Shown here piece by piece: positions 40,028 to 51,041 of a stretch of 64,000 nt of DNA; the first letter of the stretch is position 1, and the number at the start of each line of letters is the position of its first letter. The position numbers and the translations under genes were made by a program. Under the pieces are notes generated by a model. That model was not told the origin of the DNA. It saw only the letters and a program-made list of their open reading frames with translations, and did no database searches. Source of the stretch: an uncultured archaeon (GTDB lineage Archaea > Asgardarchaeota > Lokiarchaeia > Sigyniarchaeales > SOKP01). The stretch is taken from positions 1-64,000 of the forward strand of contig CAYLZE010000007.1 in the NCBI GenBank assembly GCA_964388035.1, written 5' to 3'.

Positions 40028-40828
40028 TTATAGAAAATCAATCAATTTTTTTTGTAAACTAAAATTTGTATAAGAAAGATCATATTTCTTTTTTAAGATA
40101 TTTGATGTTTCTGGAGCGAATCCTGAAAAATGATTATTTACAATGATAAAAATCTTGTACATTTTTGGACTTTTTTTAAGAGTTTGAAGCTGCTGGTCCA
40201 GATGATTTAGAGCGTCATGTTGCTCTCGCTGTACCATATTAAATTTGCTTAATCTTCGATCTCCAATCAGACGTATGTAATAATGTTCTTGATCTGGGAA
40301 ATAGTATGGATTTACATTTTTCAAATAACTAGTTGCAATTATTACATTACTTTTTTTAACTATTTGAGACAGAACTCGTTCTTGAAACCAATCATCATCT
40401 CTGAATTCTAATATTAATTTCTTTTTGGTAGGAACTCTACTTAGTATTGAGAATAATTTTTGTAGATGATTTTCTGAAAATTTGAACCAAGGAGGAAATT
40501 GAAATAAATATCCAAAAATTTTATTTTCTAATTCTCTAAATCGGTCAAAAAATGAGGTGATTAATTCTTGAGATTCGAAATTGTTCATGTCGTGGGTTAT
40601 TTCTTTATTAACTTTAATGATATAAATAAAATCATTGGGAACAGAATCCTTCCAATGCAATATGGTTTCTTCCGAGGGCCGATTGTAAAAAGTGGAATTT
40701 ACTTCATTTACATCAAAATATTGAGCATAAAACCCAAGATGTTCGTGATTTTGTAATCTTTTTGGATAAAAAGAACCGATCCAATCCTTATATTCCCATC
40801 CTGCGCAGCCAATATAAAGTTCTATCAT
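40028..40828 (-). CDS. DUF72 family protein
   Basis: IGCAGWEYKDW.G.FYP, EVNSTFY, LFQFPP, EFR, YIRLIG, NNHFSG.AP. Confidence 0.93.
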   Translation of the reverse strand: MIELYIGCAGWEYKDWIGSFYPKRLQNHEHLGFYAQYFDVNEVNSTFYNRPSEETILHWKDSVPNDFIYIIKVNKEITHDMNNFESQELITSFFDRFRELENKIFGYLFQFPPWFKFSENHLQKLFSILSRVPTKKKLILEFRDDDWFQERVLSQIVKKSNVIIATSYLKNVNPYYFPDQEHYYIRLIGDRRLSKFNMVQREQHDALNHLDQQLQTLKKSPKMYKIFIIVNNHFSGFAPETSNILKKKYDLSYTNFSLQKKLIDFL

Positions 40829-40951
40829 CGAGAAAGAGCTAATTAAAAATTTAGTTATTTTATTAATAATAAACTATATAGGCATTTAAATTCTAAATTT
40901 ATGTAAAATTAATTTATAAAACTCTTGTGAAGTAAACCAGAATAAAGCATC

Positions 40952-42058
40952 ATGAATGATATTTATTGGGATGATAATTCTGATATAGACAATCAGTTGG
41001 AAATTTCAAAATATGAAAATTTGCAGAGTTTTAAACAAATTTTAGAAAAGAAGAATAACAATAAAAAAGAAACATGGAACACTAACAATCAAAGGAATTG
41101 GAGAAATTTACTATTTTGGGAAGATAATTTAAACGTATTGTATTATCTTTTAAATGATCATGAAGAAAAAGTGGATTTAATTTATATAGATCCTCCTTTT
41201 TTCTCGGGAGTTAATTATAATATTGGAATTCAAGAGAATGGAATAGAGAAGGAAACCCTTGCGTATGGAGATACGTGGCAAAAGGATCTCAATAAGTATC
41301 TTGGCATGTTAAATAGGCGGATTTATTTAATGCGAAAATTGTTGAAAAAAGAGGGATTAATTTTTATCCACTCAGACTGGCATGCCGTTCATTATATCAG
41401 AATCCTACTAGATAGAATTTTCGGTCCGGAAAGATTTGTAAATGAAATAATATGGTATTATTACAATAAATATTCAGCGGGAAAAAAGACCCTTCCTAGA
41501 GCTCATGATAATATCTTGGTGTATTCCAAATCAAATGATTATGCTCTTAATGAAATTCGCATTCCGCGACAAAAACCCACCAAACAACTCAAGAGAGTGA
41601 TGGTTGATGGAGTATTGAAAAATGCTAAGGATGAGAAAGGGCATGTCATTTATAGAATCGTTAATGATAAAAAAATGGATGATGTATGGAAATTACCTTG
41701 CCTCCAACCTGCTTCAAAAGAGTTTACGGGATATCCTACTCAGAAACATCATGATTTGATAAAAAGAATCATTACACTAGGGTCAAATGAAGGAGATTTG
41801 GTTGCAGATTTCTTTTGTGGTTCTGGAACTACTTTACTCGTTGCTGAGCAATTAAATAGAAGATGGATTGGTTCGGATCTTTCAAAGTATGCTATTTATT
41901 TAACAAGAAAAAGGCTATTGAAACTCTACAATAAAGAGAGGAATAGTTTACAAAATTCTTGCTTTTTCGAGATATTTAGTACTATCAATGAAGAAAGAAA
42001 GAAAATTATTGATTCTGGATTTTTTGATAAAAAATTTACTATTAAAAAAGCAAGATAA
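40952..42058 (+). CDS. Site-specific DNA methyltransferase (N6-A/N4-C, beta class)
   Basis: Catalytic LIYIDPPF precedes YPTQK and the SAM-binding DFFCGSGTT. Confidence 0.93.
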   Translation: MNDIYWDDNSDIDNQLEISKYENLQSFKQILEKKNNNKKETWNTNNQRNWRNLLFWEDNLNVLYYLLNDHEEKVDLIYIDPPFFSGVNYNIGIQENGIEKETLAYGDTWQKDLNKYLGMLNRRIYLMRKLLKKEGLIFIHSDWHAVHYIRILLDRIFGPERFVNEIIWYYYNKYSAGKKTLPRAHDNILVYSKSNDYALNEIRIPRQKPTKQLKRVMVDGVLKNAKDEKGHVIYRIVNDKKMDDVWKLPCLQPASKEFTGYPTQKHHDLIKRIITLGSNEGDLVADFFCGSGTTLLVAEQLNRRWIGSDLSKYAIYLTRKRLLKLYNKERNSLQNSCFFEIFSTINEERKKIIDSGFFDKKFTIKKAR

Positions 42059-42152
42059 AGTTAAAATACTTCATAATATTAGCCAAAAAAGACCCTTCTG
42101 AAAGATTAAGTTAAGAAAAGAAGAAAAATTAAAAAAAAAAATATCGATTTAT

Positions 42153-42854
42153 TTAGGTTTTTATTCCATAAAAGAGCAATATGCCGCTAATGATGATTCC
42201 TACCCGTACAATTGGTAAAAGGAGGCCAGGAGGGATTAAAGCATCAAAGACGGTTGCTACGGCAAAGATGATAAATCCAATAGATAAGGAGAGAAATTTT
42301 TTCCTGATTACTCCTGTCCCTTGAACTGCTTTGCGAAGGAATCCAATTCCGTTGAAAATGATAACAGACAAGAGAAAAATTGCGATCAATAGGAACGTGG
42401 GACCAATCTTGTTGGATGTATCTATTAAATCTTCTCCGGGGGTTGCAGGTAAAGTAAAATCAAAGGACCCTTCCAGATTTGTAAATAGAAAAATTTCAAA
42501 TAAAATGCCAAGGATCAAGTAGATGATAATCACAATCATTTTCCGATTAGGAATTAAAAGTTCTGCCCCTAAATACATTGCAAAAAAAACGGCAGGGGCT
42601 GTCCACATGTAGCTTAGCATTCCATATAACCAAATAGGATTTAAATTTGCGCCTGTAATTAAAATGGTTAAAAAATCAGTTGAAGGACCCAACCACAATG
42701 TTCCAGTAAAAAGAATTGTACCACCAGCAACGGCAAGAAGTTTTGCATTTAATTTTCTTGATCTATAAAAGCAATATGACCCTACTATGATATCAAAAAT
42801 CAATACTATTAAGGCGGTAGATCCATTTAACCAGCCTTCTAAACTTAAAGCCAC
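42153..42854 (-). CDS. Lineage-specific ~7-TM membrane protein
   Basis: Seven hydrophobic segments, RKKFLSLSIGF loop; GTG start after GGGTG. Confidence 0.8.
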   Translation of the reverse strand: MALSLEGWLNGSTALIVLIFDIIVGSYCFYRSRKLNAKLLAVAGGTILFTGTLWLGPSTDFLTILITGANLNPIWLYGMLSYMWTAPAVFFAMYLGAELLIPNRKMIVIIIYLILGILFEIFLFTNLEGSFDFTLPATPGEDLIDTSNKIGPTFLLIAIFLLSVIIFNGIGFLRKAVQGTGVIRKKFLSLSIGFIIFAVATVFDALIPPGLLLPIVRVGIIISGILLFYGIKT

Positions 42855-43289
42855 TTTTCACACCCTAAATTATTATTTTATCTCTTAATTAATTAAATTT
42901 TTAACAACAAGTGTAAATAACTTGTATGAAATTATATAATTTTAAGAATATATAAATTTTTATTTATCTTATTAAAATAAAATCATATTTTTAATACATT
43001 AAAATTTATGCGAGTTAAATTCGATTTTTCATATCTTCCTTGCTTCCTATCATCTCGAAGGAATTTTTCTCAAATTAAAGCAACTTGCTGGTATTATAAA
43101 TTAACAAAAGTTAAGTTTATATTATCAAAGATAAATGATTTGAAATCATGATCAAGTTTCTTTATCAAAATATTTTTCATGGATTGAAAACACCTAAACA
43201 GTTCTATTTTTTTGAACAACACATCCCAAATTAAATATGATTTTCTTCATTCTTAGGAATGAAGAATAGTTTTTAAATAGAAAAAAATC

Positions 43290-44492
43290 ATGTATGAGCA
43301 AAGAAACCAATATGATGTAACCCCGGAAGCTTTAGGTTCTATAAAGAGAAAAATTGCTCACCTGGAACGAAAGGTGCCAACAAAGACTGCTTTTTTAGGT
43401 TTTGATGGAAATATCGATTTTCTCTACATGTTACTCAAGTCTCGAGAAGACTTGACCAAATGGCAAAAAATGGATAGCATGAAAACCCTAGCAGAATTAA
43501 TTTTAAAGGTAGCCGGAAGTTCTACCAATGTAGAATTAATTTTAAAGAGAAAAGTATCGGGGGGATTTTGTGCCAATGTCAGTAAGGCAATGGGGGGAGT
43601 AGGTTTAAAAGTAAATATTATTGGAGCGATGGGCTTTCCTAAAATAGACGACGTTTTTAATAATATTCAGAAAAATTCTCAAATAACTATTAAATCCATA
43701 GGTAATCCTGGAATAACAATTGGTTTAGAATTTGATGATGGGAAAATAATGCTTACAGACTTTCAAAATCTGTTAAAAATAAACTGGGATTTAATAATTG
43801 AGAGAGTAGGGCCTCAAGATATAGTTGATTTAACAAGTAATTCAAATATTATTGGGATTGGGTATTGGGCACCAATACCAAGATTTGAAATGATATGGGA
43901 TCAATATATTCAAGATATATTTCCTTCTCTAAATAATCTCAAAGAAAAATTATTTCTTGTTGATTTAGCAGATATTAAGAAGAAAAATCAAAAAGACATA
44001 TTAAGGATGATTAAAATCCTCAAAAAAGTTGATGAATTCACTCCCGTTGTTTTAAGTCTAAATGATCAAGAGACAAACGATTTAGCTAAAGCACTAAATA
44101 TTCAAAATAAAGCAAAAGTAAATAGAGAAAACGATGATGATTTAAATGAAGTAGGAAAATATCTTAATGATGAGTTGAATTTATCCTATTTAATTATACA
44201 CTCTCCAGATTTTGCCACAATTAGCACTGAGAATGATCATTTTTGGGTAAAAGAAGGTTTCACGGCATCTCCAAGATATACTACTAGTGCTGGAGATCAT
44301 TTTAATGCGGGGATGGTGATCGGATTAAGTTGTAATTTGACTCCGTCTGAAGCTCTCATTATAGGGAATGCTCTAACAGCAATCTTTGTCAGAACGGGTA
44401 ATTCGCCCAACTTCCAACAATTATCTTATTTTATCGAGAACTACATGAATTACATTGAAAAAGATATTCCTGATTTTCCTTTAAATAAATGA
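43290..44492 (+). CDS. PfkB/ribokinase-like carbohydrate kinase
   Basis: GFDGNID, GG..AN, LEFDDGKIML, C-terminal TTSAGDHFNAG. Confidence 0.85.
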   Translation: MYEQRNQYDVTPEALGSIKRKIAHLERKVPTKTAFLGFDGNIDFLYMLLKSREDLTKWQKMDSMKTLAELILKVAGSSTNVELILKRKVSGGFCANVSKAMGGVGLKVNIIGAMGFPKIDDVFNNIQKNSQITIKSIGNPGITIGLEFDDGKIMLTDFQNLLKINWDLIIERVGPQDIVDLTSNSNIIGIGYWAPIPRFEMIWDQYIQDIFPSLNNLKEKLFLVDLADIKKKNQKDILRMIKILKKVDEFTPVVLSLNDQETNDLAKALNIQNKAKVNRENDDDLNEVGKYLNDELNLSYLIIHSPDFATISTENDHFWVKEGFTASPRYTTSAGDHFNAGMVIGLSCNLTPSEALIIGNALTAIFVRTGNSPNFQQLSYFIENYMNYIEKDIPDFPLNK

Positions 44493-44506
44493 ATAAAGTA
44501 AAAATT

Positions 44507-46441
44507 TCATCTTTTTCTTGCTAATTCTATTTTAATCACCTTTGATCCATTTGAAATGATTTCCAAGATTTGATCCTTTTCTTTAACTTGGATGGTCTCT
44601 TCAGATAACTTAATCTCATAACCATTAGGAAATTGAATGGAAGGAACATAAATGAGAGTAGGTGCTTTTATGGAACCATTGGCTTCATAAGAAAACGAAA
44701 AATATCCCTTTTTATAATTGAATTGCATCTCCAAGGGAGTTCCCGCACACTTCAGAAAATGGGGACGACAAAATCCCCGTGTTGCTCGTCCCCCACTGTT
44801 AATATCTTTAGGATCTAACTGCTGATCTCGAGAAAACAAGGAGAGATCTTCTAAATTCCATAAATCCCCCCAATCATTACAATTATCCGAAGTATAAACC
44901 CATTCTGTCCCGTGCAAGAGATTTGCATCAAGAGCATTGTAATGCATGCTTAAAGCCCTGACATTCGTATTGAATGCTTTATCTCCAAGCTTTTTAAATT
45001 GTTTATACGCTTTTTTATGGTTCAAATCAACATGCAACCCAAATTCCCCGATTAAAGTGGGATTTCCTCCCGTGATGCGTTCTGAGACGGTCTTAATGAT
45101 ATTTAATTGACGATTAAACATTTTTTGGACATTTTTTTTGCCAAAAACTAATTTATCATTCATGATATCCAAGTTCATTCTAATCCAAGCTTTTTTAGTT
45201 GCAGAGGCGGCAGCATCATACCAATGAGGGGCATGGACAAAAGGACCATTCTGAGCTAAAAGGTTGTAATTCATTTGTTCGCCTTTTATCATGCGCATTT
45301 CAGGACCTTCAAAAAAAAGGATGGCATCCGGAATGATTTCATGAACCATTTTAGCATAATCATTAATAAAAGGGGACATGTAATCCGCATAGAAGTCAAT
45401 TCTTTTTCCTTTTACATTCACGAAATGATCATTCCGTAAAATAATAGGCTCATCCTTCTCGTTGATTGTCCATACACCTTCTCTTCTCCAGATATCCTCT
45501 GCATCTTCAAACCAACAACTGACCTTATCAATATTCAGCATATCTCTTCTGGTTTCCTTTATTCCCACTCCCTTTATCTCCCTGTATCCCACTTCTCTTG
45601 GAATACCCGCTGCAATAGCCATTGCATCGATGGGAGCAAAATCATGACCCAAAATTTCTGAAAAACCTTCTTTTTCTCCTCCATCAACGTATTGTTCAAT
45701 CCAACCCTGTTTCGGTTCATTTAAAGTATCAAACCCTATCACTGAAGGAAAGTCTTTCACGCGAACTGCGACTTCTCTTACGGAGTTAAAGTAATGCATT
45801 TGCATGTATTCTTGTACATTCTTACCCTCTATTTTACAAGAAGGAGCAAAATCTTTACCTCCAAAAAAAAGTGTCCACATAGTTGCACTGGCTAATCTTA
45901 CATTATTATTATCCCAATACATGGCAGGATATGCTTTTGGATCTTCGGGATCATATCGATATTGCATTACGAAAGCTGCCTCAGATGCATCAAATTTAGT
46001 AAAATCTAATCCAACTTTTTCGAACAGCCATCCTGGTGCTCCATCTCCTCCTGTCATTCTACTCCAAGAATCTTGATGTGGATCTATGAAAATATAAAAG
46101 TCATGCTCATCAGCAATTTTTAAAACTTCTTCTAAATATTCTAAGTAATCTTTATCATAATTTCCGGGACCATAATGTTCAATTGCTTCCCAGATAATCA
46201 AAAATCTGAGGCAATTAAAGCCCCAATGCTTAATTCTAGTAAAATGTTCCTCTGCTTCCTCCAGAGGAAAAGGACGACCCACAAAAGAAACATTCTTATG
46301 ATCTCTAAAATCAGTCTTTATGTGAGTAGCTCCGTTCGGATGTACTGGAACTTTCGTACTTCCTCCTAAGTTAACCCCTCGCAATAATACATTCCTTCCT
46401 TCTTTATCCTGAAACCAGTTTCCCTTAATATTTAATCTCAT
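44507..46441 (-). CDS. GH5 glycoside hydrolase, endoglycoceramidase/steryl-beta-glucosidase-like
   Basis: LRGVNLGG, FVGRPFPL, DPHQD.WSR.TGGDGAPGW, acid/base NEP, HWYD, nucleophile IGEFG, GDLWNLEDLS. Confidence 0.92.
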   Translation of the reverse strand: MRLNIKGNWFQDKEGRNVLLRGVNLGGSTKVPVHPNGATHIKTDFRDHKNVSFVGRPFPLEEAEEHFTRIKHWGFNCLRFLIIWEAIEHYGPGNYDKDYLEYLEEVLKIADEHDFYIFIDPHQDSWSRMTGGDGAPGWLFEKVGLDFTKFDASEAAFVMQYRYDPEDPKAYPAMYWDNNNVRLASATMWTLFFGGKDFAPSCKIEGKNVQEYMQMHYFNSVREVAVRVKDFPSVIGFDTLNEPKQGWIEQYVDGGEKEGFSEILGHDFAPIDAMAIAAGIPREVGYREIKGVGIKETRRDMLNIDKVSCWFEDAEDIWRREGVWTINEKDEPIILRNDHFVNVKGKRIDFYADYMSPFINDYAKMVHEIIPDAILFFEGPEMRMIKGEQMNYNLLAQNGPFVHAPHWYDAAASATKKAWIRMNLDIMNDKLVFGKKNVQKMFNRQLNIIKTVSERITGGNPTLIGEFGLHVDLNHKKAYKQFKKLGDKAFNTNVRALSMHYNALDANLLHGTEWVYTSDNCNDWGDLWNLEDLSLFSRDQQLDPKDINSGGRATRGFCRPHFLKCAGTPLEMQFNYKKGYFSFSYEANGSIKAPTLIYVPSIQFPNGYEIKLSEETIQVKEKDQILEIISNGSKVIKIELARKR

Positions 46442-46594
46442 GATCTTGTTGAAAGAATATCATTTTTTTATAATATTATTATTAAAAAAAAAAGACGGAT
46501 AGTAAATAAAAATCACTTAATCTTTAATGATTTTTACAATAATGAGATATAATTCTAAATGGATTAAATTATTACAGAAGGACCGAGGAAAAAT

Positions 46595-47131
46595 TTAGGT
46601 TTGCTTTACATGAACCTGCACTACTTTAGAAACTAATAATTCCACCGCTTCCGCTACATTTTCCCCTGTTTTAGACGATATTTCCATGTAATCAATACAA
46701 GAAGGATATTGATGCACTAAAGATAAAATATGTTCCTCAATCGCTTTTGATGTCTCTTCATCTATTAGATCTCGTTTGGAGCCCAAAAGTAATATGGGAA
46801 TCTCGCTTTGGCTTTCAATAATATTAAACCATTCTCCTATCTTGTCTAACGTACTTAAACGGGTTAAATCGAACAAAAAGAATGCCCCTCTTGCTCCTTT
46901 TACAAAATCAGATAATATAAAACGGAATTGGTCTTGCCCTGCGAAATCAAATAATGAGAGAGTAAAAATTTCATTTGCAAATTCTACTTCATTACAAAAA
47001 AAGTCAATTCCTCTAGTTAGATTGCTATTAGCATCAAAGATCCCGTTGCAATAACGATTCATGAAACAGGTTTTTCCCGAGCCGCCTTCTCCGCAAATAA
47101 TAAGCTTCACGAGATTTTCATTCTTTCCCAT
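46595..47131 (-). CDS. Rab/Ras-like small GTPase
   Basis: G1 GEGGSGKT, G2 TRGIDF, G3 DFAGQ, G4 SKRD, G5 SSK; no C-terminal Cys prenylation motif. Confidence 0.95.
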   Translation of the reverse strand: MGKNENLVKLIICGEGGSGKTCFMNRYCNGIFDANSNLTRGIDFFCNEVEFANEIFTLSLFDFAGQDQFRFILSDFVKGARGAFFLFDLTRLSTLDKIGEWFNIIESQSEIPILLLGSKRDLIDEETSKAIEEHILSLVHQYPSCIDYMEISSKTGENVAEAVELLVSKVVQVHVKQT

Positions 47132-47280
47132 TAACTAGTGCATAGCAATTAAACTTTTTAAAATTCGAGAAAATTTTATTAATTTGTGGCATAATAACGG
47201 ATAACTCATACTGTTCCATTTTGTGGTAAAAAATAAAAAAAGTAGAGAAAGAAAGAGAAAAAGAAAGAAAAAAAGTAATT

Positions 47281-48711
47281 TTATTCATGAAAATATATAT
47301 CCCATCCCAGATAATTCATTAAAGCTTCTTGGACAATCTCAGAAACATGTTGTAGTGTTGCTGCAACATGATGGGCGAATCCTCCAAAACAAAGAACCTT
47401 CAGGAGAGCTTGAAGGTCAGGAATTGCCACTACGCCATATCCACCATAGGTATCTAACGGGTCCTTAGTGTATTCCCCTTCCGCTAAGACACCTTTAATT
47501 TCACCGCTAAAATCATCCGTTTCTATCCTTAACATTGTGCACGGTCGAGCTTTTATTCTTCCTTCAATGGTACCATACGCTTGCTCCGGACTTTTCATAT
47601 CCGAAATGATGGGATGAGCAGTTAACCGGGTTTCTTCAAAAAAAGAGCGAGGGAGATTGCTACAATGGAAAAGAACCATTTTATCAGGATCATCTCCGTA
47701 GTTATTGTTCCAATCTAAAATGGCAGAGGGAGTATCTGAAGCTTCCTGCAAAATAAGCATTCCTACTAATCCACCAACATCTACTTCACATGCGGCAGGC
47801 ACTAACCCCTCACTGAACATGCTCATTACTACACAAGGTACGATTCCTAGATTATCTTGAAGGGATGGCCAACACTGGAAAGCAAAGCCATCCAACTCAT
47901 TTTCAACTACCCATTGTTCCACTACCACGGCCAGTTTAGCTAACTTGATCAGACCTACTTCTTGAAATTGGTGTGTTTGAGAGGTATAATCCTTTATGAA
48001 TTTAATTTTTTCTTTTACCCTTTCATCCTCATCGTTTAATCTACTTATTTCCCCTAAGATTTCTGATAAATCAATTGGTTCAATGCTAATTCCATTCAAT
48101 TCCAGGATTTTTTCACTATATCGAACCGTATCAAACGCTTCTGGTCTCGTTCCAATTTGTCCTAAACGAGCATTACGGACTTTATTAACAATTCTACAAA
48201 CCTTTTCAAATTTTTTAACATCAGCTTTAAATTCTTCGGATTTAATCGAGCAAGTATGGGAGGTAGTCAGGCTGAAAGGAAAGCCATATTGGCGTAATAT
48301 ATTACAAACAGAGAGTTTGCCACAAAATGCATCGCGTCGATATTTTCGAGACATTTTATCGACTTCATCTGACGAGGCTTGAACTAATATGGGAACATTG
48401 AGGTCCGCTATTTTTAAAGTATTTGCAATTCCTTTTTCATCTCCAAAATTTGGAAGACATATTATAATCCCTGAAATTTTATCTCGATTTTTTTTAAATA
48501 ATTCCCCGCATTTTTTCGCATCCTGGTAAGTTCTTACCACACCAGAATCGGTTTCTGATTCGTCAATAATAATATACTTATAGTTCAATTCTTTCATTAC
48601 TTCAAGAATTTCTTGTCTTCCCTCTGCAGCAAGATGAATGGGAAATGCATCTCTGTTACCCACGATAATACCAAACGTGAATTCAGATTTAGGTGGTTTT
48701 ATAAACGACAT
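47281..48711 (-). CDS. L-fucose/L-arabinose isomerase family protein
   Basis: NFGDE, RRDAFCGKLS, QCW, ACEVD, DWNNNYG, FHCSN, GFAHHVA. Confidence 0.9.
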   Translation of the reverse strand: MSFIKPPKSEFTFGIIVGNRDAFPIHLAAEGRQEILEVMKELNYKYIIIDESETDSGVVRTYQDAKKCGELFKKNRDKISGIIICLPNFGDEKGIANTLKIADLNVPILVQASSDEVDKMSRKYRRDAFCGKLSVCNILRQYGFPFSLTTSHTCSIKSEEFKADVKKFEKVCRIVNKVRNARLGQIGTRPEAFDTVRYSEKILELNGISIEPIDLSEILGEISRLNDEDERVKEKIKFIKDYTSQTHQFQEVGLIKLAKLAVVVEQWVVENELDGFAFQCWPSLQDNLGIVPCVVMSMFSEGLVPAACEVDVGGLVGMLILQEASDTPSAILDWNNNYGDDPDKMVLFHCSNLPRSFFEETRLTAHPIISDMKSPEQAYGTIEGRIKARPCTMLRIETDDFSGEIKGVLAEGEYTKDPLDTYGGYGVVAIPDLQALLKVLCFGGFAHHVAATLQHVSEIVQEALMNYLGWDIYFHE

Positions 48712-49232
48712 GTTAAATACACTTCATTTTATCTATTTTTTAAATATGTATAAGAAAAAGTGTTTTTTTTCTTTTATGCTTTATAATAATTTGATGAATT
48801 TGTCGGTTAGTATAAAATGGAGGAAGGGTTGACTTTAAGACTATAATCATACCTTTTTTTCTAAATTTAGCCACATTTTAATTTATGGGGAAAGTATTTT
48901 TAGTTGCTTTTCCGTTTAGATTCCTTTTTAAATACTAACTATTATTGATATTATAAGAAAAACAAAAGTCGTTCAGATTGCTATATTAACCATGCCAGTT
49001 CATAATACCATTCTTTACGTTCATTATGAAAATCAAAAATTACTAAAAGTTTTATTTATCCAAATTTTATTTCACATAGGTTTTTTATTAATAATATGGG
49101 TTTGTAGTTTCAAAATTGAAGTGGTAATTTCTTTTTACTTCGTTAAAATTAGTCACCTAATCTTCATTTTATTAGGTAGGTATAGGCAAGGAATGGAGAC
49201 GTTAGAATCAAAGATAAATAAGTGATGATTTC

Positions 49233-49946
49233 GTGGAAATAATACCCGCTATTGATATTAGTGAAGGCAAATGCGTGAGATTATACAAAGGGAAAAAAGG
49301 CACGGAAGTCGTGTATTATAAAAATCCCGTGGATGCACTTCAGTTCTGGATAGATGCAGGGGCAATTAGATTACACGTGGTTGATTTAGATGGAGCATGG
49401 GGTTCCGATCAAAATAAAAATTTGCTGAAAAAAATGATTAATCAAGCAACAGACAAGGTTAAACTTCAAATTGGCGGAGGAATAAGGAGTGTAAAAGCGG
49501 CAAAGGAAATAGTACAGTTAGGTGCAGATAGGGTAGTAATTGGTACTCTTGCGGTTAAAAATCCACAAGCAATAGAAGAGTTAGCTAATAATATGGGTTC
49601 TGAACGATTAGTAATTGCCTTAGATTATAAATTTGGAAAAGTATCCACTCATGGCTGGACAGAACAAACCAATTTAGACCCCTTTATTTATGGAAAGTTA
49701 ATGGAGGAAAAGGGAGCGGGATATATTCTTTTTTCATCCGTCGAATCGGATGGAGCGTTCACTGGCCCAGATCTGCAAAATGTAGAAAAGATGGTTAAAT
49801 CCGTAGGTATTCCCGTTTATGCTGCCGGAGGAGTCAGAAATGAACAAGACATTCTTGATCTTGAAAAAATTGGTGTTCATGGCGTAGTTGTTGGGAAAGC
49901 TTTTTATGAAAATAAACTATCTTGCTCTATAATCCGTAAATTCTAA
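49233..49946 (+). CDS. hisA: ProFAR isomerase HisA
   Basis: IIPAIDI..GKCVRL, LHVVDLDGA, QIGGGIRS, HGW, DG...GPD, AAGGV. Confidence 0.95.
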   Translation: MEIIPAIDISEGKCVRLYKGKKGTEVVYYKNPVDALQFWIDAGAIRLHVVDLDGAWGSDQNKNLLKKMINQATDKVKLQIGGGIRSVKAAKEIVQLGADRVVIGTLAVKNPQAIEELANNMGSERLVIALDYKFGKVSTHGWTEQTNLDPFIYGKLMEEKGAGYILFSSVESDGAFTGPDLQNVEKMVKSVGIPVYAAGGVRNEQDILDLEKIGVHGVVVGKAFYENKLSCSIIRKF

Positions 49947-50020
49947 ATAAATAAACACAATTTAATTATATAGACATTAAAAATAAAGAAAAATGTCCCA
50001 AGAATAAAAAGGAAACGACG

Positions 50021-50731
50021 ATGCAAGAATATTTTATTATTTTTTTACCAGCATTCTTGCTTGGCATTTTACACACTTTCATACCATGTGAAGATAAAAC
50101 CATATTATTATTTTGGTCTTTAGGCATTTCAAAATCGGCAAGAAAAAGTTTATTTATATTAGCTCTTTATGGAATTGGTTTAATTATTGCAAATTTAACG
50201 ATAGCTTTTGGTACCGTTTTAGTTAGTATCATCCCAAGAATAATCTTTCCCCAAGCCCTTTTCGATCCTTATTCTATAGTTTTTTTTGGTGCTTTATCTT
50301 CAACTTTTGTGGCAATTTTCATGCTGTTCTTCTTAACGCGAGTAGATTACACCCCCCATTCCCATTCCAAAGAAATAAGACTAATACAAAATTTAAATTG
50401 GGATAAATATAGAACCCCTCTTTTCATGGGAATTCTTGCAGGTTTTCCACCTTGCATTTTCGAACTTTTTATATATTCCCAATGTTTAACTTTGAGTCTT
50501 AGTTATGGTTATGCTGAAGCAATACTCTCTGTTTTTTATTTTGCCTTAGGAACGGTTATTGGATTATTTCCCTTGGCTTTAGCGAAACAAAGCACGGAAT
50601 ATATTGTAAGGGAAAAGGCTACCAGAAGATCTAAGATTTTTATTCTGATGCTAATTCTTATTATTGTATTTAATACAATCATCATGATTCTAAGTTTCCT
50701 TAGAATCCGCATTTTTCCCCCGCCGATATAG
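50021..50731 (+). CDS. NicO/UreH/DsbD_2-like membrane protein
   Basis: LGILHTFIPCEDK, HSH loop, GILAGFPPC, FALGT. Confidence 0.65.
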   Translation: MQEYFIIFLPAFLLGILHTFIPCEDKTILLFWSLGISKSARKSLFILALYGIGLIIANLTIAFGTVLVSIIPRIIFPQALFDPYSIVFFGALSSTFVAIFMLFFLTRVDYTPHSHSKEIRLIQNLNWDKYRTPLFMGILAGFPPCIFELFIYSQCLTLSLSYGYAEAILSVFYFALGTVIGLFPLALAKQSTEYIVREKATRRSKIFILMLILIIVFNTIIMILSFLRIRIFPPPI

Positions 50732-51041
50732 ATATTTATGACCTTTTTATTTTCAATAAAAAATAACGAATAAATTAATATTTCATTTAATATTTCCAGC
50801 ATTTAAAGTTTTTAAATGTTATAGATAAATTTTCAATTGGTATTTACTTATTATAATTAGGATTATCACAGTTATTAGTTGGATGAGATAGAGACCGATG
50901 TTTTAAAAAGTATTAATCTCGTTGATAATTCATTATAATAAATTTTAGAAAAAATTGGACTACTATAAAAATATTTAATATTCTTTTCTATTATAATTAT
51001 AATAGAATAAAAGCATGAAAATTTGATTGGAGGAAAAATCT

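Noticed and set aside
48992-49225. 77-aa ORF upstream of hisA
   Set aside because: AT-rich, no recognisable motif; cannot be supported as a gene.
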